Positions 12,701-26,400 of a DNA stretch of 64,000 bases are shown here, piece after piece; the stretch's first letter is position 1, and each line of letters starts with the position of its first letter. The notes below the pieces were generated by a model. It saw only the letters and a list, made by a program, of their open reading frames with translations. It did not search any database and was not told where the DNA came from. The position numbers were made by a program, and so were the translations under genes. The stretch lies in assembly GCA_964057225.1 (NCBI GenBank), contig OZ059899.1:19282001-19346000 (forward strand). The letters run 5' to 3'. Origin of the DNA: Auanema rhodensis. Taxonomy: Eukaryota > Animalia > Nematoda.

Positions 12701-15700
12701 ACTGATATTGGTGCATGGTAACCATGATTTTGAAATTTACGTGAACTTTAATTTATGCTAATTAAACGTACACGTGGTGTGCACTCATTATGTAACTCGC
12801 TTCACGTGAAAGATAAAGAGATGCGGTTTTCAAAATTAGATTCCCCATGTCCATATTAGTCTAAAAACAATTTTTTATTGATATTGGTGCATGGTAACCA
12901 TGACTTTGAAATTTACGTGAACTTTAATTTATGCTAATTAAACGTACACGTGGTGTGCACTCGGTATGTAACTCGCTTCACGTGAAAGATAAAGAGATGC
13001 GGTTTTCAAAATTAGATTCCCCATGTCCATATTAGTCTAAAAACAAATTTTTTTTGATATTGGTGCATGGTAACCATGATTTTGAAATTTACGTGAACTT
13101 TAATTTATGCTAATTAAATGTACACGTGGTGTGCACTCGGTATGTAACTCGCTTCACGTGAAAGATAAAGAGATGCGGTTTTCATAATTAGATTCCCCAT
13201 TTCCATATTAGTCTAAAAACAAATTTTTATTGATATTGGTGCATGGTAACCATGACTTTGAAATTTACGTGAACTTTAATTTATGCTAATTAAACGTACA
13301 CGTGGTGTGCACTCGGTATGTAACTCGCTTCACGTGTAAGATAAAGAGATGCGGTTTTCAAAATTAGATTCCCCATGTCCATATTAGTCTAAAAACAAAT
13401 TTTTATTGATATTGGTGCATGGTAACCATGACTTTGAAATTTACGTGAACTTTAATTTATGCTAATTAAACGTACACGTGGTGTGCACTCGGTATGTAAC
13501 TCGCTTCACGTGTAAGATAAAGATATGCGGTTTTCAAAATTAGATTCCCCATGTCCATATTAGTCTAAAAACAAATTTTTATTGATATTGGTGCATGGTA
13601 ACCTTGATTTTGAAATTTACGTGAACTTTAATTCATGTTAATTAAATGTACACGTGGTGTGCACTCGGTATGTAACTCGCTTCACGTGGAAGATAAAGAG
13701 ATGCAGTTATCAAAATTAGATTCCCCATGTCCATATTAGTCTAAAAACAATTTTTTACTGATATTGGTGCATGGTAACCATGATTTTGAAATTTACGTGA
13801 ACTTTAATTTATGCTAATTAAACGTACACGTGATGTGCACTTGGTATGTAACTCGCTTCACGTGAAAGATAAAGAGATGCGGTTTTTAAAATTAAATTCC
13901 CCATGTCCATATTAGTCTAAAAACAATTTTTTACTGATATTGGTGCATGGTAACCATGATTTTGAAATTTACGTGAACTTTAATTTATGCTAATTAAACG
14001 TACACGTGGTGTGCACTCGGTATGTAACTCGCTTCACGTGAAAGATAAAGAGATGCGGTTTTCAAAATTAGATTCCCCATGTCCATATTAGTCTAAAAAC
14101 AAATTTTTATTGATATTGGTGCATTGTAACCATGACTTTGAAATTTACGTGAACTTTAATTTATGCTAATTAAACGTACACGTGGTGTGCACTCGGTATG
14201 TAACTCGCTTCACGTGAAAGATAAAGAGATGCGGTTTTCAAAATTAGATTCCCCATGTCTATATTAGTCTAAAAACAAATTTTTTTTGATATTGGTGCAT
14301 GGTAACCATGATTTTGAAAATTACGTGAACTTTAATTTATGCTAATTAAACGTACACGTGGTGTGCACTCGGTATGTAACTCGCTTCACGTGAAAGATAA
14401 AGAGATGCGGTTTTCAAAATTAGATTCCCCATTTCCATATTAGTCTAAAAACAAATTTTTATTGATATTGGTGCATGGTAACCATGACTTTGAAATTTAC
14501 GTGAACTTTAATTTATGCTAATTAAACGTACACGTGGTGTGCACTCGGTATGTAACTCGCTTCACGTGTAAGATAAAGAGATGCGGTTTTCAAAATTAGA
14601 TTCCCCATGTCCATTTTAGTCTAAAAACAAATTTTTATTGATATTGGTGCATGGTAACCATGACTTTGAAATTTACGTGAACTTTAATTTATGCTAATTA
14701 AACGTACACGTGATGTGCACTTGGTATGTAACTCGCTTCACGTGAAAGATAAAGAGATGCGGTTTTTAAAATTAGATTCCCCATGTCCATATTAGTCTAA
14801 AAACAATTTTTTACTGATATTGGTGCATGGTAACCATGATTTTGAAATTTACGTGAACTTTAATTCATGTTAATTAAATGTACACGTGGTGTGCACTCGG
14901 TATGTAACTCGCTTCACGTGGAAGATAAAGAGATGCAGTTATCAAAATTAGATTCCCCATGTCCATATTAGTCTAAAAACAATTTTTTACTGATATTGGT
15001 GCATGGTAACCATGATTTTGAAATTTACGTGAACTTTAATTTATGCTAATTAAACGTACACGTGATGTGCACTTGGTATGTAACTCGCTTCACGTGAAAG
15101 ATAAAGAGATGCGGTTTTTAAAATTAGATTCCCCATGTCCATATTAGTCTAAAAACAATTTTTTACTGATATTGGTGCATGGTAACCATGTTTTTGAAAT
15201 TTACGTGAACTTTAATTTATGCTAATTAAACGTACACGTGGTGTGCACTTGGTATGTAACTCGCTTCACGTGAAAGATAAAGAGATGCGGTTTTCAAAAT
15301 CAGATTCCCCATGTCCATATTAGTCTAAAAACAAATTTTTATTGATATTGGTGCATGGTAACCATGACTTTGAAATTTACGTGAACTTTAATTTATGCTA
15401 ATTAAACGTACACGTGGTGTGCACTCGGTATGTAACTCGCTTCACGTGAAAGATAAAGAGATGCGGTTTTCAAAATTAGATTCCCCATGTCTATATTAGT
15501 CTAAAAACAAATTTTTTTTGATATTGGTGCATGGTAACCATGATTTTGAAAATTACGTGAACTTTAATTTATGCTAATTAAACGTACACGTGGTGTGCAC
15601 TCGGTATGTAACTCGCTTCACGTGAAAGATAAAGAGATGCGGTTTTCAAAATTAGATTCCCCATTTCCATATTAGTCTAAAAACAAATTTTTATTGATAT

Positions 15701-15975
15701 TGGTGCATGGTAACCATGACTTTGAAATTTACGTGAACTTTAATTTATGCTAATTAAACGTACACGTGGTGTGCACTCGGTATGTAACTCGCTTCACGTG
15801 TAAGATAAAGAGATGCGGTTTTCAAAATTAGATTCCCCATGTCCATTTTAGTCTAAAAACAAATTTTTATTGATATTGGTGCATGGTAACCATGACTTTG
15901 AAATTTACGTGAACTTTAATTTATGCTAATTAAACGTACACGTGGTGTGCACTCGGTATGTAACTCGCTTCACGT
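7801..15975. repeat. Higher-order duplication, 24-monomer (4224 bp) offset
   Basis: Rare markers pair 4224 bp apart: AAAGTAAAAG 8061/12285, GTCCACATT 8101/12325, CTCATTATG 8561/12785, GCATTGTAAC 9901/14125, CCATGTTTTT 10967/15191, AAATCAGA 11077/15301. Confidence 0.93.
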
Positions 15976-17952
15976 GGAAGATAAAGAGATGCAGTTATCA
16001 AAATTAGATTCCCCATGTCCATATTAGTCTAAAAACAATTTTTTACTGATATTGGTGCATGGTAACCATGATTTTGAAATTTACGTGAACTTTAATTTAT
16101 GCTAATTAAACGTACACGTGATGTGCACTTGGTATGTAACTCGCTTCACGTGGAAGATAAAGAGATGCAGTTATCAAAATTAGATTCCCCATGTCCATAT
16201 TAGTCTAAAAACAATTTTTTACTGATATTGGTGCATGGTAACCATGATTTTGAAATTTACGTGAACTTTAATTTATGCTAATTAAACGTACACGTGATGT
16301 GCACTTGGTATGTAACTCGCTTCACGTGAAAGATAAAGAGATGCGGTTTTTAAAATTAGATTCCCCATGTCTATATTAGTCTAAAAACAAATTTTTTTTG
16401 ATATTGGTGCATGGTAACCATGATTTTGAAAATTACGTGAACTTTAATTTATGCTAATTAAACGTACACGTGGTGTGCACTCGGTATGTAACTCGCTTCA
16501 CGTGAAAGATAAAGAGATGCGGTTTTCAAAATTAGATTCCCCATTTCCATATTAGTCTAAAAACAAATTTTTATTGATATTGGTGCATGGTAACCATGAC
16601 TTTGAAATTTACGTGAACTTTAATTTATGCTAATTAAACGTACACGTGGTGTGCACTCGGTATGTAACTCGCTTCACGTGTAAGATAAAGAGATGCGGTT
16701 TTCAAAATTAGATTCCCCATGTCCATTTTAGTCTAAAAACAAATTTTTATTGATATTGGTGCATGGTAACCATGACTTTGAAATTTACGTGAACTTTAAT
16801 TTATGCTAATTAAACGTACACGTGATGTGCACTTGGTATGTAACTCGCTTCACGTGAAAGATAAAGAGATGCGGTTTTTAAAATTAGATTCCCCATGTCC
16901 ATATTAGTCTAAAAACAATTTTTTACTGATATTGGTGCATGGTAACCATGATTTTGAAATTTACGTGAACTTTAATTCATGTTAATTAAATGTACACGTG
17001 GTGTGCACTCGGTATGTAACTCGCTTCACGTGGAAGATAAAGAGATGCAGTTATCAAAATTAGATTCCCCATGTCCATATTAGTCTAAAAACAATTTTTT
17101 ACTGATATTGGTGCATGGTAACCATGATTTTGAAATTTACGTGAACTTTAATTTATGCTAATTAAACGTACACGTGATGTGCACTTGGTATGTAACTCGC
17201 TTCACGTGAAAGATAAAGAGATGCGGTTTTTAAAATTAGATTCCCCATGTCCATATTAGTCTAAAAACAATTTTTTACTGATATTGATGCATGGTAACCA
17301 TGATTTTGAAATTTACGTGAACTTTAATTTATGCTAATTAAACGTACACGTGGTGTGCACTTGGTATGTAACTCGCTTCACGTGAAAGATAAAGAGATGC
17401 GGTTTTCAAAATTAGATTCCCCATGTCCATATTAGTCTAAAAACAAATTTTTATTGATATTGGTGCATGGTAACCATGACTTTGAAATTTACGTGAACTT
17501 TAATTTATGCTAATTAAACGTACACGTGGTGTGCACTCGGTATGTAACTCGCTTCACGTGAAAGATAAAGAGATGCGGTTTTCAAAATTAGATTCCCCAT
17601 GTCTATATTAGTCTAAAAACAAATTTTTTTTGATATTGGTGCATGGTAACCATGATTTTGAAAATTACGTGAACTTTAATTTATGCTAATTAAATGTACA
17701 CGTGGTGTGCACTCGGTATGTAACTCGCTTCACGTGAAAGTAAAAGAGATGCGGTTTTCAAAATTAGATTCCCCATGTCCATATTAGTCTAAAAACAAAT
17801 TTTTATTGATATTGGTGCATGGTAACCATGACTTTGAATTTTACGTGAACTTTAATTTATGCTAATTAAACGTACACGTGGTGTGCACTCGGTATGTAAC
17901 TCGCTTCACGTGAAAGAAAAAGAGATGCGGTTTTCAAAATTAGATTCCCCAT

Positions 17953-19890
17953 GTCCATATTAGTCTAAAAACAAATTTTTATTGATATTGGTGCATGGTT
18001 ACCATGACTTTGAAATTTACGTGAACTTTAATTTATGCTACATAAATGTACACGTGATGTGCACTTGGTATGTAACTCGCTTCACGTGAAAGATAAAAAG
18101 ATGCAGTTTTTAAAATTAGATTCCCCATGTCCATATTAGTCTAAAAACAATTTTTTACTGATATTGGTGCATGGTAACCATAACTTTGAAATTTACGTGA
18201 ACTTTAATTTATGCTTATTAAACGTACACGTGGTGTGCACTCGGTATGTAACTCGCTTCACGTGAAAGATAAAGAGATGCAGTTATCAAAATTAGATTCC
18301 CCATGTCCATATTAGTCTAAAAACAAATTTTTATTGATATTGGTGCATGGTAACCATGACTTTGAATTTTACGTGAACTTTAATTTATGCTAATTAAACG
18401 TACACGTGGTGTGCACTCGGTATGTAACTCGCTTCACGTGAAAGATAAAGAGATGCGGTTTTCAAAATTAGATTCCCCATGTCCATATTAGTCTAAAAAC
18501 AAATTTTTATTGATATTGGTGCATGGTAACCATGACTTTGAAATTTACGTGAACTTTAATTTATGCTAATTAAACGTACACGTGGTGTGCACTCGGTATG
18601 TAACTCGCTTCACGTGTAAGATAAAGAGATGCGGTTTTCAAAATTAGATTCCCCATGTCCATATTAGTCTAAAAACAAATTTTTATTGATATTGGTGCAT
18701 GGTAACCATGACTTTGAAATTTACGTGAACTTTAATTTATGCTAATTAAATGTACACGTGGTGTGCACTCGGTATGTAACTCGCTTCACGTGAAAGATAA
18801 AGAGATGCAGTTATCAAAATTAGATTCACCATGTCCATATTAGTCTAAAAACAATTTTTTACTGATATTGGTGCATGGTAACCATAACTTTGAAATTTAC
18901 GTGAACTTTAATTTATGCTAATTAAACGTACACGTGGTGTGCACTCGGTATGTAACTCGCTTCACGTGAAAGATAAAGAGATGCGGTTTTCAAAATTAGA
19001 TTCCCCATGTCCATATTAGTCTAAAAACAAATTTTTATTGATATTGGTGCATGGTAACCATGACTTTGAAATTTACGTGAACTTTAATTTATGCTAATTA
19101 AACGTACACGTGTTGTGCACTTGGTATGTAACTCGCTTCACGTGAAAGATAAAGAGATGCGGTTTTTAAAATTAGATTCCCCATGTCCATATTAGTCTAA
19201 AAACAATTTTTATTGATATTGGTGCATGGTAACCATGACTTTGAAATTTACGTGAACTTTAATTTATGCTACATAAATGTACACGTGATGTGCACTTGGT
19301 ATGTAAATCGCTTCACGTGAAAGATAAAAAGATGCAGTTTTTAAAATTAGATTCCCCATGTCCATATTAGTCTAAAAACAATTTTTTACTGATATTGGTG
19401 CATGGTAACCATAACTTTGAAATTTACGTGAACTTTAATTTATGCTTATTAAACGTACACGTGGTGTGCACTCGGTATGTAACTCGCTTCACGTGAAAGA
19501 TAAAGAGATGCAGTTATCAAAATTAGATTCCCCATGTCCATATTAGTCTAAAAACAAATTTTTATTGATATTGGTGCATGGTAACCATGACTTTGAATTT
19601 TACGTGAACTTTAATTTATGCTAATTAAACGTACACGTGGTGTGCACTCGGTATGTAACTCGCTTCACGTGAAAGATAAAGAGATGCGGTTTTCAAAATT
19701 AGATTCCCCATGTCCATATTAGTCTAAAAACAAATTTTTATTGATATTGGTGCATGGTAACCATGACTTTGAAATTTACGTGAACTTTAATTTATGCTAA
19801 TTAAACGTACACGTGGTGTGCACTCGGTATGTAACTCGCTTCACGTGTAAGATAAAGAGATGCGGTTTTCAAAATTAGATTCCCCATGTC
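17953..19890. repeat. Partial duplication, 7-monomer offset (1231 bp, includes a 1-bp deletion)
   Basis: GCTTATTA at 18216/19447, accompanied in both copies by CCATAAC, GCTACATAAA and GAATTTT markers. Confidence 0.82.
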
Positions 19891-20419
19891 CATATTAGTC
19901 TAAAAACAAATTTTTATTGATATTGGTGCATGGTAACCATGACTTTGAAATTTACGTGAACTTTAATTTATGCTAATTAAACGTACACGTGTTGTGCACT
20001 TGGTATGTAACTCGCTTCACGTGAAAGATAAAGAGATGCGGTTTTTAAAATTAGATTCCCCATGTCCATATTAGTCTAAAAACAATTTTTTACTGATATT
20101 GGTGCAAGGTAACCATGACTTTGAAATTTACGTGAACTTTAATTTATGCTAATTAAACGTACACGTGGTGTGCACTCGGTATGTAACTCGCTTCACGTGA
20201 AAGATAAAGAGATGCGGTTTTCAAAATTAGATTCCCCATGTCCATATTAGTCTAAAAACAAATTTTTTTTGATATTGGTGCATGGTAACCATGATTTTGA
20301 AATTTACGTGAACTTTAATTTATGCTAATTAAATGTACACGTGGTGTGCACTCGGTATGTAACTCGCTTCACGTGAAAGATAAAGAGATGCGGTTTTCAA
20401 AATTAGATTCCCCATTTCC

Positions 20420-23400
20420 ATATTAGTCTAAAAACAAATTTTTATTGATATTGGTGCATGGTAACCATGACTTTGAAATTTACGTGAACTTTAATTTATG
20501 CTAATTAAACGTACACGTGGTGTGCACTCGGTATGTAACTCGCTTCACGTGTAAGATAAAGAGATGCGGTTTTCAAAATTAGATTCCCCATGTCCATATT
20601 AGTCTAAAAACAAATTTTTATTGATATTGGTGCATGGTAACCATGACTTTGAAATTTACGTGAACTTTAATTTATGCTAATTAAACGTACACGTGGTGTG
20701 CACTCGGTATGTAACTCGCTTCACGTGTAAGATAAGGAGATGCGGTTTTCAAAATTAGATTCCCCATGTCCATATTAGTCTAAAAACAAATTTTTATTGA
20801 TATTGGTGCATGGTAACCATGATTTTGAAATTTACGTGAACTTTAATTCATGCTAATTAAATGTACACGTGGTGTGCACTCGGTATGTAACTCGCTTCAC
20901 GTGAAAGATGAAGAGATGCAGTTATCAAAATTAGATTCACCATGTCCATATTAGTCTAAAAACAATTTTTTACTGATATTGGTGCATGGTAACCATGATT
21001 TTGAAATTTACGTGAACTTTAATTTATGCTAATTAAACGTACACGTGATGTGCACTTGGTATGTAACTCGCTTCACGTGAAAGATAAAGAGATGCGGTTT
21101 TTAAAATTAGATTCCCCATGTCCATATTAGTCTAAAAACAATTTTTTACTGATATTGGTGCATGGTAACCATGATTTTGAAATTTACGTGAACTTTAATT
21201 TATGCTAATTAAACGTACACGTGGTGTGCACTCGGTATGTAACTCGCTTCACGTGAAAGATAAAGAGATGCGGTTTTCAAAATAAGATTCCCCATGTCCA
21301 TATTAGTCTAAAAACAATTTTTTATTGATATTGGTGCATGGTAACCATGACTTTGAAATTTACGTGAACTTTAATTTATGCTAATTAAACGTACACGTGG
21401 TGTGCACTCGGTATGTAACTCGCTTCACGTGAAAGATAAAGAGATGCGGTTTTCAAAATTAGATTCCCCATGTCCATATTAGTCTAAAAACAAATTTTTT
21501 TTGATATTGGTGCATGGTAACCATGATTTTGAAATTTACGTGAACTTTAATTTATGCTAATTAAATGTACACGTGGTGTGCACTCGGTATGTAACTCGCT
21601 TCACGTGAAAGATAAAGAGATGCGGTTTTCAAAATAAGATTCCCCATGTCCATATTAGTCTAAAAACAATTTTTTATTGATATTGGTGCATGGTAACCAT
21701 GACTTTGAAATTTACGTGAACTTTAATTTATGCTAATTAAACGTACACGTGGTGTGCACTCGGTATGTAACTCGCTTCACGTGAAAGATAAAGAGATGCG
21801 GTTTTCAAAATTAGATTCCCCATTTCCATATTAGTCTAAAAACAAATTTTTTTTGATATTGGTGCATGGTAACCATGATTTTGAAATTTACGTGAACTTT
21901 AATTTATGCTAATTAAATGTACACGTGGTGTGCACTCGGTATGTAACTCGCTTCACGTGAAAGATAAAGAGATGCGGTTTTCAAAATTAGATTCCCCATT
22001 TCCATATTAGTCTAAAAACAAATTTTTATTGATATTGGTGCATGGTAACCATGACTTTGAAATTTACGTGAACTTTAATTTATGCTAATTAAACGTACAC
22101 GTGGTGTGCACTCGGTATGTAACTCGCTTCACGTGTAAGATAAAGAGATGCGGTTTTCAAAATTAGATTCCCCATGTCCATATTAGTCTAAAAACAAATT
22201 TTTATTGATATTGGTGCATGGTAACCATGACTTTGAAATTTACGTGAACTTTAATTTATGCTAATTAAACGTACACGTGGTGTGCACTCGGTATGTAACT
22301 CGCTTCACGTGTAAGATAAAGATATGCGGTTTTCAAAATTAGATTCCCCATGTCCATATTAGTCTAAAAACAAATTTTTATTGATATTGGTGCATGGTAA
22401 CCATGATTTTGAAATTTACGTGAACTTTAATTCATGTTAATTAAATGTACACGTGGTGTGCACTCGGTATGTAACTCGCTTCACGTGGAAGATAAAGAGA
22501 TGCAGTTATCAAAATTAGATTCCCCATGTCCATATTAGTCTAAAAACAATTTTTTACTGATATTGGTGCATGGTAACCATGATTTTGAAATTTACGTGAA
22601 CTTTAATTTATGCTAATTAAACGTACACGTGATGTGCACTTGGTATGTAACTCGCTTCACGTGAAAGATAAAGAGATGCGGTTTTTAAAATTAGATTCCC
22701 CATGTCCATATTAGTCTAAAAACAATTTTTTACTGATATTGGTGCATGGTAAACATGATTTTGAAATTTACGTGAACTTTAATTTATGCTAATTAAACGT
22801 ACACGTGATGTGCACTTGGTATGTAACTCGCTTCACGTGAAAGATAAAGAGATGCGGTTTTTAAAATTAGATTCCCCATGTCCATATTAGTCTAAAAACA
22901 ATTTTTTACTGATATTGGTGCAAGGTAACCATGACTTTGAAATTTACGTGAACTTTAATTTATGCTAATTAAACGTACACGTGGTGTGCACTCGGTATGT
23001 AACTCGCTTCACGTGAAAGATAAAGAGATGCGGTTTTCAAAATTAGATTCCCCATGTCCATATTAGTCTAAAAACAAATTTTTTTTGATATTGGTGCATG
23101 GTAACCATGATTTTGAAATTTACGTGAACTTTAATTTATGCTAATTAAATGTACACGTGGTGTGCACTCGGTATGTAACTCGCTTCACGTGAAAGATAAA
23201 GAGATGCGGTTTTCAAAATTAGATTCCCCATTTCCATATTAGTCTAAAAACAAATTTTTATTGATATTGGTGCATGGTAACCATGACTTTGAAATTTACG
23301 TGAACTTTAATTTATGCTAATTAAATGTACACGTGGTGTACACTCGGTATGTAACTCGCTTCACGTGGAAGATAAAGAGATGCGGTTTTCAAAATTAGAT

Positions 23401-26400
23401 TCCCCATGTCCATATTAGTCTAAAAACAAATTTTTATTGATATTGGTGCATGGTAACCATGACTTTGAAATTTACGTGAACTTTAATTTATGCTAATTAA
23501 ACGTACACGTGGTGTGCACTCGGTATGTAACTCGCTTCACGTGTAAGATAAGGAGATGCGGTTTTCAAAATTAGATTCCCCATGTCCATATTAGTCTAAA
23601 AACAAATTTTTATTGATATTGGTGCATGGTAACCATGATTTTGAAATTTACGTGAACTTTAATTCATGCTAATTAAATGTACACGTGGTGTGCACTCGGT
23701 ATGTAACTCGCTTCACGTGAAAGATGAAGAGATGCAGTTATCAAAATTAGATTCACCATGTCCATATTAGTCTAAAAACAATTTTTTACTGATATTGGTG
23801 CATGGTAACCATGATTTTGAAATTTACGTGAACTTTAATTTATGCTAATTAAACGTACACGTGATGTGCACTTGGTATGTAACTCGCTTCACGTGAAAGA
23901 TAAAGAGATGCGGTTTTTAAAATTAGATTCCCCATGTCCATATTAGTCTAAAAACAATTTTTTACTGATATTGGTGCATGGTAACCATGATTTTGAAATT
24001 TACGTGAACTTTAATTTATGCTAATTAAACGTACACGTGGTGTGCACTCGGTATGTAACTCGCTTCACGTGAAAGATAAAGAGATGCGGTTTTCAAAATT
24101 AGATTCCCCATGTCCATATTAGTCTAAAAACAATTTTTTATTGATATTGGTGCATGGTAACCATGAGTTTGAAATTTACGTGAACTTTAATTTATGCTAA
24201 TTAAACGTACACGTGGTGTGCACTCGGTATGTAACTCGCTTCACGTGAAAGATAAAGAGATGCGGTTTTCAAAATTAGATTCCCCATGTCCATATTAGTC
24301 TAAAAACAAATTTTTTTTGATATTGGTGCATGGTAACCATGATTTTGAAATTTACGTGAACTTTAATTTATGCTAATTAAATGTACACGTGGTGTGCACT
24401 CGGTATGTAACTCGCTTCACGTGAAAGATAAAGAGATGCGGTTTTCAAAATTAGATTCCCCATTTCCATATTAGTCTAAAAACAAATTTTTATTGATATT
24501 GGTGCATGGTAACCATGACTTTGAAATTTACGTGAACTTTAATTTATGCTAATTAAACGTACACGTGGTGTGCACTCGGTATGTAACTCGCTTCACGTGT
24601 AAGATAAAGAGATGCGGTTTTCAAAATTAGATTCCCCATGTCCATATTAGTCTAAAAACAAATTTTTATTGATATTGGTGCATGGTAACCATGACTTTGA
24701 AATTTACGTGAACTTTAATTTATGCTAATTAAACGTACACGTGGTGTGCACTCGGTATGTAACTCGCTTCACGTGTAAGATAAAGATATGCGGTTTTCAA
24801 AATTAGATTCCCCATGTCCATATTAGTCTAAAAACAAATTTTTATTGATATTGGTGCATGGTAACCATGATTTTGAAATTTACGTGAACTTTAATTCATG
24901 TTAATTAAATGTACACGTGGTGTGCACTCGGTATGTAACTCGCTTCACGTGGAAGATAAAGAGATGCAGTTATCAAAATTAGATTCCCCATGTCCATATT
25001 AGTCTAAAAACAATTTTTTACTGATATTGGTGCATGGTAACCATGATTTTGAAATTTACGTGAACTTTAATTTATGCTAATTAAACGTACACGTGATGTG
25101 CACTTGGTATGTAACTCGCTTCACGTGAAAGATAAAGAGATGCGGTTTTTAAAACTAGATTCCCCATGTCCATATTAGTCTAAAAACAATTTTTTACTGA
25201 TATTGGTGCATGGTAAACATGATTTTGAAATTTACGTGAACTTTAATTTATGCTAATTAAACGTACACGTGGTGTGCACTCGGTATGTAACTCGCTTCAC
25301 GTGAAAGATAAAGAGATGCGGTTTTCAAAATTAGATTCCCCATGTCCATATTAGTCTAAAAACAAATTTTTATTGATATTGGTGCATGGTAACCATGACT
25401 TTGAAATTTACGTGAACTTTAATTTATGCTAATTAAACGTACACGTGGTGTGCACTCGGTATGTAACTCGCTTCACGTGAAAGATAAAGAGATGCGGTTT
25501 TCAAAATTAGATTCCCCATGTCTATATTAGTCTAAAAACAAATTTTTTTTGATATTGGTGCATGGTAACCATGATTTTGAAAATTACGTGAACTTTAATT
25601 TATGCTAATTAAACGTACACGTGGTGTGCACTCGGTATGTAACTCGCTTCACGTGAAAGATAAAGAGATGCGGTTTTCAAAATTAGATTCCCCATTTCCA
25701 TATTAGTCTAAAAACAAATTTTTATTGATATTGGTGCATGGTAACCATGACTTTGAAATTTACGTGAACTTTAATTTATGCTAATTAAACGTACACGTGG
25801 TGTGCACTCGGTATGTAACTCGCTTCACGTGTAAGATAAAGAGATGCGGTTTTCAAAATTAGATTCCCCATGTCCATATTAGTCTAAAAACAAATTTTTA
25901 TTGATATTGGTGCATGGTAACCATGACTTTGAAATTTACGTGAACTTTAATTTATGCTAATTAAACGTACACGTGGTGTGCACTCGGTATGTAACTCGCT
26001 TCACGTGTAAGATAAAGAGATGCGGTTTTCAAAATTAGATTCCCCATGTCCATATTAGTCTAAAAACAAATTTTTATTGATATTGGTGCATGGTAACCAT
26101 GACTTTGAAATTTACGTGAACTTTAATTTATGCTAATTAAACGTACACGTGTTGTGCACTTGGTATGTAACTCGCTTCACGTGAAAGATAAAGAGATGCG
26201 GTTTTTAAAATTAGATTCCCCATGTCCATATTAGTCTAAAAACAATTTTTTACTGATATTGGTGCATGGTAACCATGATTTTGAATTTTACGTGAACTTT
26301 AATTCATGCTAATTAAATGTACACGTGGTGTGCACTCGGTATGTAACTCGCTTCACGTGAAAGATAAAGAGATGCAGTTATCAAAATTAGATTCACCATG

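Noticed and set aside
23326-23342. Perfect hairpin TGTACAC-gtg-GTGTACA created by a variant (also at about 29838-29854)
   Set aside because: It is a single SNP copied once by the 37-mer duplication, with no sign of spread or function.
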